Position numbers and translations under genes: made by a program
Notes under the pieces: generated by a model
Told to the model about the DNA's origin: nothing
The model's input: the letters and a program-made list of their open reading frames with translations, nothing else
Databases searched by the model: none
Part shown: positions 14,160 through 29,057 of the stretch, piece by piece
Position numbering within the stretch: the first letter of the stretch is position 1
Layout of the letters: each line of letters begins with the position of its first letter
Source of the DNA: Eledone cirrhosa
Lineage: Eukaryota
Length of the DNA: 64,000 bases
Direction of reading: 5' to 3'
NCBI GenBank assembly: GCA_964016885.1
Contig: OZ024742.1
Span: 241,738,001-241,802,000 of the forward strand

Positions 14160-14960
14160 AATATACTCTAGTCCTCAAGAACAGCAAAATTCTGTGTCTG
14201 ATGGTGGGCCTCTTTCTGTTATAAACCCTATTAAATCTGCTGTGCTTTGAGGTTCAGTTTTATTTCCAGATTTTTCCTCTTATATATTACTAACAAAAAT
14301 GTCATAAATTCTAGCAACGTCCATCGCTAATACATTTGGTTAAGATAGCCTTGATTCCTTCAACAGTATGCACCTAGAACTCGCACAATTGTCTCAAATA
14401 CTATTCCTTATACTATAATTGGCAATGTCTGAACATTAATACTAGTCTAATTTTTGTAGTCTGAAAATTATTTTGTGTCTAACTGTCTTGAAATCGCAGG
14501 TGAGATCCACGAGGAAGTACTGTTCTTATGTCTGGTACTGTTGCGACAGGTATACACACCCTAGACTGCATCTAAAGAAAAGAAAATCGACATACGACGC
14601 AATGTCGCTCACAAACGCATTTCAACTTCTAGCCCGCAGACATATTGGCTTCTCTGTCAGCAACTTTACAAATAGTACAATGACCTCTGATTTTCAGATC
14701 TGGTTCATCTTGGGTGATCACTATTCAGACACCCAATTCTCATATACAGCTCTCTTTACGTCCATCATGTTGGGACCACCACCTAGCTCGTGTAATGATT
14801 ACTACAACCAGAACGTTGGTACTCTGAAATTGCCTCCTCTGCACGTATTTTACCTGCAGCCGGTGACTTGTAATGGTTTAAACGGATCATTAACAGAATC
14901 CACCCCCCGGACGGTTTGCGAAGGAGATATGCATTGAACCTGCCACCAGACTGAAGAAAA
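14160..14960. pseudogene. Highly degenerate CR1/Jockey-group LINE RT fragments in both orientations
   Basis: Minus strand: VLAMDVARIYD and QSTADLIGFITER. Plus strand: KSQVRSTRKYCSYVW (cf. YKxQVRPxMEYCSHVW). Confidence 0.4.
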
Positions 14961-17304
14961 TGAAAAAAAGAGCCCCCCAAAAACAAACAACTGATAGTAA
15001 GAAAAGGAAATGAATTGGTGATGAGATGGGGCATAATCAGTTATTGATAGGGTTTTCTACTTTAATTTGATATAATTTATATTAATAAATATTATTATAT
15101 GAAGATAACACTTGGGTAGTGTGATACATCTAATGGTGGTGCGGCGATGATATTTTTAGGATAGGATTAAGTTACAGAAGTGGATAGAGTCGAGAGTTGC
15201 ATTTCCTTATGATATCTGTGTTTTGGTTCCATTGAGCAAGGTTAAGTTGTCTGGTTCTCACTTTAAGATATTTCTGTGCTCTCTCTCTCTCCAGGAGGCT
15301 ATTCAGTCATGGTGTTTTTATTTTGTCGAAAATATTTTTCTTTTTCTATATATGTTGTGCTTACTCACTCTCTGTCTTTTCTATCTCTCTCCTCTCACTC
15401 TCTTTCAGTTATCTTGCTTTTATCCCTCTTTTTATCTCTCCACTATTTCCTCTTTTCCTTTCGTCATTTATCATTCTGTTCTGTCTCACTCTGCCCTGTG
15501 TATAAATTGTGTACGTATATATGTATGTATTTATGTCTGTATTTATATATGTATTCATGTATGCATTTATCAAAGTAAAGTGTGGGTGTTACTATTTAAT
15601 AATATAAACTTGCATCATTAAATAAACATTTGCAAACAACATAAACACAGCAAGTAAATGCAGTATCCAGCTCACGGCCAGATATATTATTTAATGACTT
15701 ACATCTGTCTCAAATCGTATACAAAGACCGTTTAAACAGGCACAGCTTTCTTTAACAGTTGGTAAAATCACTCGTTTTATTACTTCAAAATTATCGTATA
15801 GAATTTTATTATAACTACATCGTTAAGCCTTTGAACTTGCGTAGGTGTTCTGCCCTAGATTTAACAGGCTGCATGTATGATATGATACAGTCTTAGATAT
15901 GATGTAGTTACTAATATGCAACTTAGGTTCAGTATTATAAATGCATAATGCAGCATGCATACGAATTTAACTTAAATATATGTTATCAATGCGTTTAAAT
16001 ATTACCTTCAAGAAATAAATCTTTTAAACCATATTTTCAGGATATATATTTGAATAACTTAAAAAATTTCATTTTTGTGTCAAGTGCCTTTTTCATTGAA
16101 TTTTATACAGATTAAATCCTATAATAATTGGATTATATTTAAATTGTGATGATTATTCCTAAATTATAGGAGCACATCTCAAATACCGCATATATATCTT
16201 TCATAGATTAGTTTTATTAGATATGTTTCAGTTACTGATTTAATTGGATGTATAAGAAATTTCTTTGTACATCTCTTGTATATTTTATATATTCTCAAAT
16301 ACAATATCAAGGCTAATTCAAGAACGAACATATTACTAGTTTGAAGCCATATGTTTCAGCGAGTTACGTAGATGGAGCTAGAAAATATCCAATGATTTAC
16401 AAAAGTTTCATAAGTGAATGGTCATTGAAAGATTCGACAGCTATAAAGGTGACTCTTTCGATGACCATATTTTATTTTATATTGCTGCAATTCTATCGTA
16501 ATTAACCCTCTATGCCATAAAGGGTAAACATACAGAATCACAGTAATGATATATAATTTGAAATAAATATTTCAGTATGTTTAGTATAATAAAATCATAT
16601 TTACGTTAAAAATATAATATTATGTTGATATTAATGGGACATTACTCTTACTTTCAGTGATTTCAGTAAATAGTCTGCTGGATTTTATATCATAAATTCG
16701 TTTGTTGTAACCGTTCGTGAGATGATTTAACTGGATACTAAAACAATTGCATCATAGTAGAGTAATGTAGGCAATTTAAATTACACATACATACAATCAT
16801 ATTCTATTTTGATTTCGTATTTTTCAACAGTATATGTTGGTAATATGTATTAAAATCTTTTATCTTCCGTTTACAAACTGTTGAATAAATATCTACTTCA
16901 ATGTACTGTGAATATAAGACGAGGGAAATCTATAAATAATATAATATTCTACTGAAAAATAATATTAAAATTAAAATGTAAATATAACTGCGTATGCGTG
17001 TTTGAAATTGCCAATATAGCTAATTTATACCGATATTCTCATTTTTATTTTCATGGAACCTTTATTCAAATTTAAATTAAGTGAATTCGAACATCGCTGA
17101 AGCAATCAATAAAGGCATCTCTTCTATATTACTCCTACATAAATATGATGCTCTTATCTATGAATTAGTGTTTTTCTTAGCTTCTTCTGTTCACTGCAAC
17201 ATCGTGTGTTGTGGGCACTTAAATTCTGATGCAATGATAGTGGCGCCATAGTGATATACAGAGTGTCCTGGGTATTAAACCAGGTCGGAACACTGATGAT
17301 TTCT

Positions 17305-17350
<46 letters not shown>

Positions 17351-19158
17351 GAGAGAGAGAGAGAGAGAGAGAATCGATCTCATTACTTTATTCTTCGACA
17401 TCTAAAGAATGAAGGGCAAATTTGATCACAGTGGTTATTTGAATTTAGATCGCAAATTGCTGCAGCGAATACTTAAGCCTTGTACTACTGCTCTATAATA
17501 TTAAAACATTCTTGACGTATTGATGATCTGGATACAATGCTACGATTTGAACAAAGAGAGAAACTATATGCCCTAGTCATCTTTACCAGGTTTAAAGGTT
17601 ATGTACCGTTAATATTATTCAACGGCTATTAAATTAGCAGTGTTTAGTGTTTTTTGTCAAGAAGACAAAATTATGATAAGGCATATTATTGAGGAGGTTG
17701 GCATATTATTCAGCTTGTATATATTTTAATCTCTGTTTAAGTAACACAGACTCTTAAATGGCACCAGTTACGTAGGTAGTTCTCACATTTTAAAATAACG
17801 TTGACTACATAAATAACAGAAATACTTAAATACTATGAACTCTTCCTAATTATAATTGGTTGTTTCTTTGTCTGGCTTGAAAATTTAGTGGAATGGAAGA
17901 AGCAATGGATTTATGAATTTCAAATTTCAAATCTCGTTTAGGTAATTAATACAAACGAATGGGAGTGAAGTAGAAGAAAAATGTATTTAGGTGAATTTAT
18001 ACAGATTGAGTATTTTTGTTCACTCTTAAATCTGGTAAGAAATATTTATGATTTCATCGAGAAACCAGACTGCGTTCTTTACATTGGTGCACAATGCATA
18101 GTTGTGTTCAGGAAATCAGATTGCATCTTCTGTTCCTAAAAGAGATAAGCTAAACAAGTGGATCATAAATGCAACCATTTGAATAAATAAATAAATAACA
18201 AGAAAGAAATATACAAAAATAATTGGACAACTGAAAATAAAAAGCATTAACAGACAAATAAAAGGAAATTGAGAGTTAACCCGCCATTTTACATAATAGT
18301 ATTGATGGCAGCTAGAGACCTCCTTATATATTGATATCTCAGCCAAAAATATCCGACATTATAAAAATGTTGGCTGCAGTGGATACTCCGCGCATTCGCT
18401 ATAGAGAATCCTCACTGCCATTGTAATGACAGGAAAAGAGAGGAAAGCTGCAGGTCATAGGATGTGAGGAGGAAGTAGAAAGGGTCTCTTGTTGGCTATG
18501 GAGCAGAGCAGAAGAGAGAAGATAAGCTGGAAGCCAGGAAGCGAAGATGGGCAGTAATTTGACCACCACTGCTGACCCACCAGCGAGACGGTGTTACGGT
18601 TGAGGGTCGAAATACCCATTCAACGTCGGTCACTGTCCTATAATATCAGCACCTCCTGACCAAGGCTATATTCACCAAAGGCGAATTATCTTATTGAAGA
18701 TGTAATTATGCCTATCAATCTTTGAGCATGAATGCCAGACGAGATTTTATAAAAAATTTGACACTGGCTTCAATTTATTTGGACAGTAGCCGTGTTGGAG
18801 ATCCATTTCTATTTAGTGAACAACTAGGTTACATAACATAAACGGACAGAGGTAAACAGAAATGTCAGCATGAACACAAGCATACAAACACACACAATCG
18901 CACAGAAAATCTCTCTCTTTATATCTGATTGTTTGTCCCCCCCCCTCTCTCTGCATTATATCCATTTAGCATCGCTAGATATATATATAACAACTCAGAC
19001 ATTTGAAATACATGGATTTAATTATATATTTACCTATGTATACACACATATACATATATACATACATTTTCAGTAATTTAGCATCTAATAACTTCATATA
19101 CACACGTGCTGACATAGAAAATATCCAATTTCTATGCTGTTATTATTAACGGCATTAA

Positions 19159-19383
19159 GGGCAGCGGATTGTCAGTATCGGTAGAGCGTCGGACAACATG
19201 CTTCGTGGCATAGAGTTACGGGCATTCACGTTCTATGTTCAAATCTCGTCGAGGTTAGCTTTGCCTTTCATCCTTACGGGGTCGATAAAATAAAGCACCA
19301 GTAATGCACTGGGGTAGATTTAATCAATTTTCTGCCCCCCCCCCCCCCTTCAAATTGCTGGCCTTGTGCCTAAAATAGAAATA
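19159..19383 (+). mobile_element. tRNA-derived SINE, full length
   Basis: Same family; TSD attattaacgg[c/t]att. Confidence 0.9.
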
Positions 19384-20245
19384 ATTATTAACGGTATTCG
19401 GCTGTTATGACAGATATCTCAAGGGTTTGAGTTTCATATTTTTCAATTAACTTCATATTCCCTTAATTCCATACACCTAATATAATATGGTCGAATCACC
19501 AAGCATTTGATGAGTAGTTCGATACTGGTGTCAGGTCCATCGCATCCATACAATCCTTGAACCAATTATCTGCGAAACGTACGTAACGATATATGAAAAA
19601 TAAAAATGTTCAAAGTGGAACTTTGCCGTGTTAAACTTATATATACAATATTAAAAAGACCTATTACACCATTAGTCTAAAAACAAATTCAGCACAACCA
19701 TTACCACTACCACTGTCGCTGCTCTCTTTCCTTCACTCACCCTTGCATACACACATTTACCATCCATGTTTACACTGCCTGGCCGGAGCTTAATACGTGA
19801 TTCCTCTTTTAGTTATCACACTGTGAGTATGTGTGTGTTATATGTAGTAAGGGCATATAGATAGAAAAAATGTGACCAGCGGCAGCTACAGTAAACCGAA
19901 GTTCTGCGTCTATAAGGGTAAATTTATCCGCTATTCTATATAAAAAAAGATGTTTTCTTAGCTACTCTCCTGCATTCGAGATTTTCTTAATTTCTAAAAA
20001 AAAAAAATATTTTAACTCACTCAACTCGTCAATGTTTATTTAGAAAAAATGTTCTCACATTTGAAAAGCTAATATTTAGCTTTATAAAAGACTGTAATTG
20101 TTCTAAAGGGTCGTTTGACTCAATGGTACAGAGTTCGGGTCACTTTTTCCGCCAATAAGGGTATTTTTACCCGATTTTCTAAAAAAAAAAAAAAAAAATG
20201 ATTTTTCATAGCTATTCTCCTGCATTCATTGTTCTCTCTCTCTTA

Positions 20246-20278
<33 letters not shown>

Positions 20279-20472
20279 TAATGAAGGAAGTGTGGTAAGG
20301 AACCAGGAGGTCCATAACGCACCAGAGTACTCGTCGATTCTTTGGGTGGTAGAGTGGGTAATAGGAAAAGAGTCAGGACCCCGACAGCTGAGCTCCGGCC
20401 GTTTCGACAGCTAGATCTGAACTAGCTATCGAAACGGCCGGAGATGAGCCGTCGCCTTCTGACTATTTTCCT
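20279..20472 (-). mobile_element. Family B element with terminal palindrome
   Basis: ccggccgtttcgacagctag-atctgaa-ctagctatcgaaacggccgg; tail homologous to 4056-4128. Confidence 0.7.
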
Positions 20473-21262
20473 TGGATTTCACTAAATTCTGTTGGATAAA
20501 TCTATATCCTGATTCTTTTTGAATTGAGTTTGAATTATTTTTCCCACATCTTACGTTAACTATTTTCCCATTTTGACGCTATAGTCACTTATATATTATG
20601 GAATACTGTTGGCTTCTTGCTACAATAATTTCTATACATTTCATTTATATATATATATATATATATATGATAACAAGTTATCGTTTTAGGCAATCCAGTT
20701 AGAGGTTGTGAGTACTCTGTACTATGGATAGTTTTAACGTACTGCGTTGTTTGACTCAACAAGAGGTTTCCTTAGTTAGGTAGCGAATTTGCGAGAATTC
20801 TCATGTAAGTTATTCTTGGAGTAATAATAGTGAAAAAGTGAAGAATAACAGAACGTATTCCGATGATTTGATCAGAGACGTATTTAAGGTTGAGTAACGC
20901 AGTTACTGTTCTCAAATATTTGATAGTACTATACAAAATTTCAATAATTTCAGACATCATATGAACAACAATTTTGTATAATTGTTACACAAACTTTACA
21001 CGTCTTTAATCATTGCATGACAAAGTTAGTATTGAGGGTCAGCAGTAATGAGGAAAGGTATGAATAGAATTACAGATATATGGATCGTACCTACATCTTT
21101 GACCGACTATTTTCACGCCCTTTGATTTCTTGACCAGAACATACATTTTGTCATTTCCACACAATATTTCACTATTTCTGGCCACTTTTCGTGCCAATAA
21201 GAGTATTTTTACTCGATTTTCTAAAAAAAAAAGGGTTTTCATAGCTATTCTTTTGCGCTCAT

Positions 21263-21371
<109 letters not shown>

Positions 21372-21607
21372 ATATATATATACGACGGGCTTTGCACAAA
21401 GATTGCGTTTATCAAGACAATTTATTTCCACATACCATTTGATAAATTACACTCAGTATTTTATCGAATTCCACACACGAGAAAAGATTTATCTCTCTGC
21501 CACGCCATACACTGACTGTAAGTATAACATGACAAATACTTCTAATCAGCTAATTAACACATCTTACAAATCTTTATATCTATACTTACATCTAACTACA
21601 CATTAAT

Positions 21608-22237
21608 ACCCACACACAGAAGCACACATACGCCGCACGCATAAACACATGCCTACACACCCACACCAACACACACACATATATACACACACATTTACAT
21701 ACACACCTACACACATACACACACACACATACGCACACATATATACACACACACTTACATACACACCTACACACATACACACACACACACACACATACGC
21801 ACACGCACACAGGCACGGACACACGCACATATATGCATACACACTTACATACACACGCACACAAGCACAGAGACACACACATACGCACACACGCACACAC
21901 AGCCACACATATACGCACACACGCACACACAATCACATACACACACATACACAGAGACACACACGCGCGCGTGCACACACACACACATACGCACATACTC
22001 ACATACTCACCCACATACGCACATATTCACACACACACACAATCATATACACACACAGACACAACCCCCCCCCCCCCCACACACACACACATACATACAC
22101 ACACACACAAACGCACACGCACGTACAGATAAACACACATACACACACAAACGCACACATACACATATGCACACATACACACACACATACACACATGTAC
22201 ACACACAGACACACACACATACACACACACACACACA

Positions 22238-22317
<80 letters not shown>

Positions 22318-22332
22318 TACATACACACACAC
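21608..22332. repeat. Compound (CA)n microsatellite
   Basis: Direct reading. Confidence 0.95.
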
Positions 22333-22640
22333 TCATTAATAGCGGATATTACAAAACGCTATTGCTGTCCTCTTTTATGTTGTAGCTGCCCTCATTAACC
22401 ACCCACGCATTTTTTAACTATTAATCATAATTATTTTTGCTGTTGTTCTTATTGTTTTACTAATGTTATCTTTCTATTCTCACTTCCTTACTGTCTTTCT
22501 ATTCGTCTTCCCTTCTTTCTTTCTTTACTTCTTTTCTCTATCTTCCTACTTTTTTTCTCTTTTTCTTTTCCATTCATACTTTTCTCTTTATTTTGTTTAT
22601 CTTTTCAAGCGATTTCTTTACGTTTTCTTTCTTTATGTTT

Positions 22641-22680
<40 letters not shown>

Positions 22681-23206
22681 TCACCCTTCCTTTCTTTTTT
22701 TCATCCTTTCTTTCTTTCTTTTTTCTCTCCTTTCTTTCTTTCATTCTGTTATCCTTTCTTTCTTCTTCTTCTTCTTCTTCTTCTTCTTCTTCTTCTTCTT
22801 CTTCTTCTTCTTCTTCTTCTTCCTCCTTCTTCTTTCTTAAACACTATAAAAGTTTATGTATTTGTACATAAGTATCTAATTTTGTTTTTCTGCGTTTTGA
22901 TTTCAAATTACGTCCTTGTTTGACTTATGCTCTATAACTGTAAGTACAAGTTATGTTTTGATGGTGTTTAAACATACATTATTACATCTTCTTCTGCATT
23001 TCCCAGTCTTGTGGTTATCTAATCGTTATTTTAGTTGTAGTTATCATCACAATCATCATCAACGACAACATCATCATTACATCATTACCATTATTATCAT
23101 CCATATCGTAAAGGTCATTAAAACCACATATTGACCATTAACAACACATTCTCAGATTATATATACATATATATATATAAACACACGCACACAAATATAT
23201 ATATAT

Positions 23207-23400
23207 AATTTAATATAGAAATGGCTTCTACAGGACTAGATGTGTTTCATTCGAAGGAAATCATCAGGCTTTCCTGGTAACTTCCTTCAAATGAAACAGT
23301 TCTCGTCCTGTAGAAGCCATTTCTATATTAAATTTTATATATACTCTACAAATTTCTTGAGTAACTTACTTACTGTGGTTATCCCCGATCGAGCCTGCGA
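23207..23400. mobile_element. Family C element: head-to-head pair of partly decayed HHRs plus 3' tail
   Basis: Palindrome 23207-23334. The minus copy keeps CTGATGA and GAAA; the plus copy core reads CTGGTAA. Tail homologous to 55310-55390. Confidence 0.7.
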
Positions 23401-23527
<127 letters not shown>

Positions 23528-24756
23528 ACACATATATATATGTTAAAAATAAAATTCTGCAACAGGATATAATTCAAGAAATAGCATAAGTAAATTTGAA
23601 CAAAATTCAGATATATGTAATATTTTGCATGCTATAATAATACAACAACTAAAGAAAGCAAAGCTATTTGTAAATCCTTCAAACATTCAACGAAATCGTA
23701 TCTTCCTATGGTTCTAGTCATAAATCTATCTAAAATTGTTGAAAAAAAAACAATGAAATATTCTGTTAGTTAGATGAATGAAAAATAAATGTTTTCCCAA
23801 ATTTCACTTCGGATTTTGATGAATATAATAAGAAAAAATGTTGACATAAAATAGCCACATCCATAAAAAATATTCCAAAATAAAAAAAATATTTTTATCT
23901 CTTTATATATACGATAATGTAGTACATGACATTCTAATTAAACCATTACGACATTATAAAATTCTCAACTAGCAAATTGGTTTGTTAGTTTTCTCATACA
24001 GTTTAATACAAGATAAAGTTTTAATAATCATAAACGTCAAATTATTTATCTTCCCAAAGATCTTCCATGGTTTGTGCTAGCTTCTTCCATTTTATGGTTA
24101 TTCTTTATAACAGATTTGTTTTCTTTAAATAAAGTTATTGAAGTGTCAGGTTCTGCTCATAATCTCCACGTTTATTCTTCGTATGTTATTATTAATGACA
24201 ATACAAATACGATATGTACCATACAGTGATTTGCAATAAAATGGGCAAAGAAAACAGGACAGAAATTAAAATTAGAATTTTTCTAAAGCAGAATTAATTT
24301 CTTTTCCTAACCCCGATCTATCAATTTTCAATGTGATGATATTTATTTAATAAATCAATTATTTGTACCACAAATAAATAAATAAAGATAGCACTTTTAA
24401 CGATCAGATTAGAGATGGAAAACTCATCTTAAACATTCGTTCAAAAGTAATGGCTTTCGTCATGGACCAATATTAAGAACATATCTAAACGTTATTACTA
24501 CTTAATTTTGTGATTATATAATGCGGATCTTATCAACGCTCAATTTGTATGTGGTAGATACATATGAAAAGATAGCACTCCTCCAATTCGTATTCAAACA
24601 GATTTGGTTTTTTAAAGAACTCTCAAAATTACTTTTGTTTTCAGGGAACACTAACACTTATTAATTTAATAATAATATTATAGAAAACGCGAATTTCCTC
24701 AGACTATAGAAACGTAAAACAAAAATCAAAAGAGGTTGCAATAGAATATTATAATA

Positions 24757-24946
24757 GTTGTTTCTACTTTTGGCAAAAGCCAGCAATTATTCCAGTGCAT
24801 TACTGGTGCTTGATTGTATCGACCCCGTATGGATGAAAGGCAAAGTTAACCACGGCTGGATTTGAACTCAGATCGTAAAGGGCCATATCTCTAAGCTTCA
24901 AAGCATGACATCCGACCCCCCCCCCCCATATCGATACTGCCAATCC
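24757..24946 (-). mobile_element. tRNA-derived SINE
   Basis: Same family body and B box. Confidence 0.85.
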
Positions 24947-27010
24947 ATAATAATGTCACACATTTTAATCAAATTCTGTTAACAACTGGGTCTGTAATGC
25001 AGATGTGGTTAATGCAGACAATGTAATAGGATATGAAACTACTTGGAATTGTCAACATATTAATAAAAACACTAACTTAAAACTATATCATAATTTGACT
25101 GTATGTTGTATGGAACTGGTTTTATAGTGTAAAATATGTTTTGAGGGGGATTGTGTTGAAAAAATAACATAAGAAAATTTTATATTTATTTATTCATTGA
25201 TCATTTATCTAATCAACAATTATTTCAACACAAAAGTGATCATGTTAAAAGAAAATAAGTACAAAATTAAAAATAGATAATATATAACAATGACTTAAAT
25301 AGGAAGTCATACAGATATTATAGAAAACAACAGAAGAGATGAATTAGAAAAACGAAGTGATATAGATTACATTCAAAATCTACCCCAAGTAAAAATTACG
25401 TAGTAAAAGTATAATCAATCAAGGGTGGAAATATTGAAACGAATCAATAGATAAACTATCAAACTTTAATCCTCCTTTATCTCAACCACATTTATCATCT
25501 TATAAAACTTATCAGTTACTGAACAATACAAACGGAGATTTTGTTGGTTATGTACGGGTCATATTCCTCTGAATTATACACTATCACAAACACTTCGTAT
25601 GGAATAGCTTTTATGTTCTTGTGGAAACTATTCAGTAAAGTTAGGGTATTATATATTTCAATGTAAAAATAATCAGAGAGAGAGATAAAATTTTAAAGTT
25701 AGTTATCAAAAGATTTCTAATATTACAGATACAATTCATTTCAAGGATCCACTAACTTCTTTCAATTCATGGAAACAATTAACAGCAAATAGATTTAAAT
25801 CTTTTTGTTTTATTCTTTCCTTTTATTAAAATTTATTAGTAGGATACTAATGTTTTTAGTCTGCCACTATTTTATACGGACGCTTAAATTAATTAGTTCC
25901 CTACGAACACCGTGGTTATTAGGAAAACTATATTAGACTATTAAACGTGTATTGAAAACCATTTGATTCTCGAGATCATGCAAATAGATAACACTGAAAA
26001 GGCAGCCTCAGGGGATATTATCTTTTAAATCTATAATCATAGGTATAGAAGGAAATCTAAATCATAATCTATCCATAACATTATTCAGCCCCAATAAGAC
26101 TACGTTGGTAACAATTAAACACATCTTAATACGTTGTACTATGTTCCTTATTTAATTGTAATGAATATATCAAACTAATTACAAAATATTTATCAGTCAA
26201 TCATCTTGTGAAAAATGTGATAAAATTAATATTTTGTCTATGATAAATATATGCTTTATTTCGTTCCATAGTTCATTAGACAATTGTTTGATGAATAATT
26301 GTTGTCTCTTATTGATTGATAACATTTGTTTAAAGTATTACATATGAACGACATAGCTTAATGGTGTAGTAGATTAAGTAAGTATATGAATTCTGTAAAA
26401 GGTGTAGAATGCGCAACAAAATATAGCTTCCGGTTATGCCTTGTGAAGGATGAAGACACCATTTGTGTCAGGCATAAGGTAATAATATTCCTAATGTTTG
26501 TAGTGAAGCACGAACAAACGGGAGTTGTTAAGAGTTGGTATGTCATAACAGTTTTCATTATCTTTCCAATTTCGTGGAGTGTGATGATGTTGGCTAACAG
26601 TGACACACATGTTACCTTTCTTTGGTATTGGAATTAATATAATACAAAATTACTAAACAGACCGTGAGAAATCTTGATATAAGGGTAATTATTGCTTAGG
26701 GTTTTGACGAGGAAACCAACTCTGAAGTGAATATATTACAATGTAACTCAATAACTGTTTGATTACTATAAATTACAATAGAGTTTAGGTAAATACATTA
26801 ATATGTTCTATAGGATGGTGGGGAATTCAACGTTACCCGACACTAAGAGGTCGTTTCGATTGTCGTCGTGGCTAATTCACCTTACTATCGCCTTTAAACA
26901 TTTGAAACTATTCAATTAAATAAAAAAAAAAATGAAAGAATTCGTTCTCAAAGTTGTATACATATGCAGGCATACATACATCCACATCGATAAGCATACA
27001 CACACACACG

Positions 27011-27147
<137 letters not shown>

Positions 27148-27283
27148 ACACGCACACATGCACACATATATATATATAGGGATCCGGCTATATATATATA
27201 TATATATTTATTAAAATAACAGATTAAAGTTTAAGCAAAGAATCGGTGCTTTCACCCTTACATACATATACATATACATACAT

Positions 27284-27382
<99 letters not shown>

Positions 27383-27728
27383 AGTTCGTACGTGTGTGTA
27401 TATTTCTTTTTCATCTGGAATTCTACGATTTACCCACAAGTCATGAGTGCATAGTGAATAAATATATAAATAAGCATTATGGTATTATAAACTCACATTT
27501 ATGTATATATATATATATGCATATGTGTGTATATGTTTGTATATATATATATATATAGTGAAAAATGGAACGGGAACGAAACGGAGAGGCAGTACAAACA
27601 AAGGTTTATTAGTTTCACGCTCTTGAGAGTGGGGGGTGTATATATATATATATAGGAACTCTACTACTCTAAGCATTGAGTACTCTGGTGCGTTATGGTT
27701 CATCTGCTTCCTTACCACACGTCCTTCG

Positions 27729-27769
<41 letters not shown>

Positions 27770-27954
27770 TATATATAATACATACGCGTGTACTTTATTT
27801 ACATACACACACCCATGCAAGCACACACACTTACACACACAAATTTATGTATATATATGTATATATATACAGACACAGACATATATATAAATATAAATAT
27901 GAATATGTATATATAGGTATATATATGTGTGATAGGTACCACCGTTGTATATGT

Positions 27955-27991
<37 letters not shown>

Positions 27992-28058
27992 GGAGGTGAG
28001 TTTATTGAAATGCGCATAATAAAATACAGGGAACTCTTTTAACCATCTTTTGATCTTA

Positions 28059-28106
<48 letters not shown>

Positions 28107-28127
28107 TATATATATATACATATATAT

Positions 28128-28459
28128 ATGAACATTAATCAGTATACACTGAGGATGAAAAACTCAGAGCTGTATGGGAGCATCCCAAGAGTCAGCTCAA
28201 AAGTGACACAGAGGAGACTGAGGTTGGCTGGACATGCTCACCGACATCCAGAGTTGACATTGCACTCAGTGCTCCTTTGGGAGCCCCTACATGGACATAC
28301 TAGAAGTGGAAGACCAAGGTTAACATATGTTGATGCCCTAAGGACAGACACTGGTCTGTTGGAGATGCAGGATATGGCAGCGATAATGAGGGACAGAGAC
28401 CGCTGGAGAGAACTCGTCCATGGATCTCGGGAATTTTACCCGCCTTAGATAGATAGATA
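28128..28459 (+). mobile_element. RTE-clade LINE 3' end (C-terminus of ORF, 5'-truncated)
   Basis: ELYG...RRLRLAGHAHRH...VLLWEP.HG...GRPRLTYVD...MRDRDRWR; stop followed by a (TAGA)n tail; second copy at 44389-44556. Confidence 0.85.
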
Positions 28460-28605
28460 TATACATATACACAGTGATACCTTGAGATACGAGTGAACCG
28501 ACATACGAGTTTTTTGAGATACGAGTAAAGAATCGGCTAATTTTTTCCCTTGTGATACGAGCTGAGTTTTGAGATACGAACTACGAGCTTGCGGGTGCCT
28601 GAGAG

Positions 28606-28900
28606 GGGGTGCAGAATTAATTTCGCCAATAAATTAATTTCACTCGGTGAACCCCAACCTAAGTTACTCCCGTCGTTTATATCCGTAAAGTGACTAAAGA
28701 TTAAAACAAATGTAATATATTTACGGTTACGGTTTAATTAACCCTAACCCTAACCCTAACTCTAACCATAACCCTAAAAAATAACCCCCAACCCTAATCA
28801 TAACCGTACATATATTACATTTGCTTTAGTCACTTTATGGATATAAACGACGGGAGTAACTTTCGTTGGGGCTCACCGGGCGAAATTAATTCAGTAACCG
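28606..28900. mobile_element. Palindromic MITE with central (CCCTAA)n, nested in the Tigger
   Basis: Long inverted arms (gttactcccgtcgtttatatcc.taaagtgactaaag and its reverse complement); flanking direct repeat (g)cctgagag at 28597-28605 and 28900-28908. Confidence 0.8.
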
Positions 28901-29057
28901 CCTGAGAGCGGTCAGTCCACGTGGTAACCTCGGAGCGCGAGCATCTCTGTTGTGTTGCTGTTGTGATTTTAGTTGCTTTTGGTTTATTTCGATAACATTC
29001 TTAGTTTCAACCACTAAGAAAGTGAGTGCCAAGAACCCTGGCGAGAAATAGAAAAGG

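Noticed and set aside
25400-26200. Possible old Penelope RT remnant (also a GIY-YIG-like trace at 47440-47560)
   Set aside because: Motif similarity too weak to support without a profile search.
28740-28806. Chromosome end or true telomere
   Set aside because: Short, degenerate and internal to a MITE.
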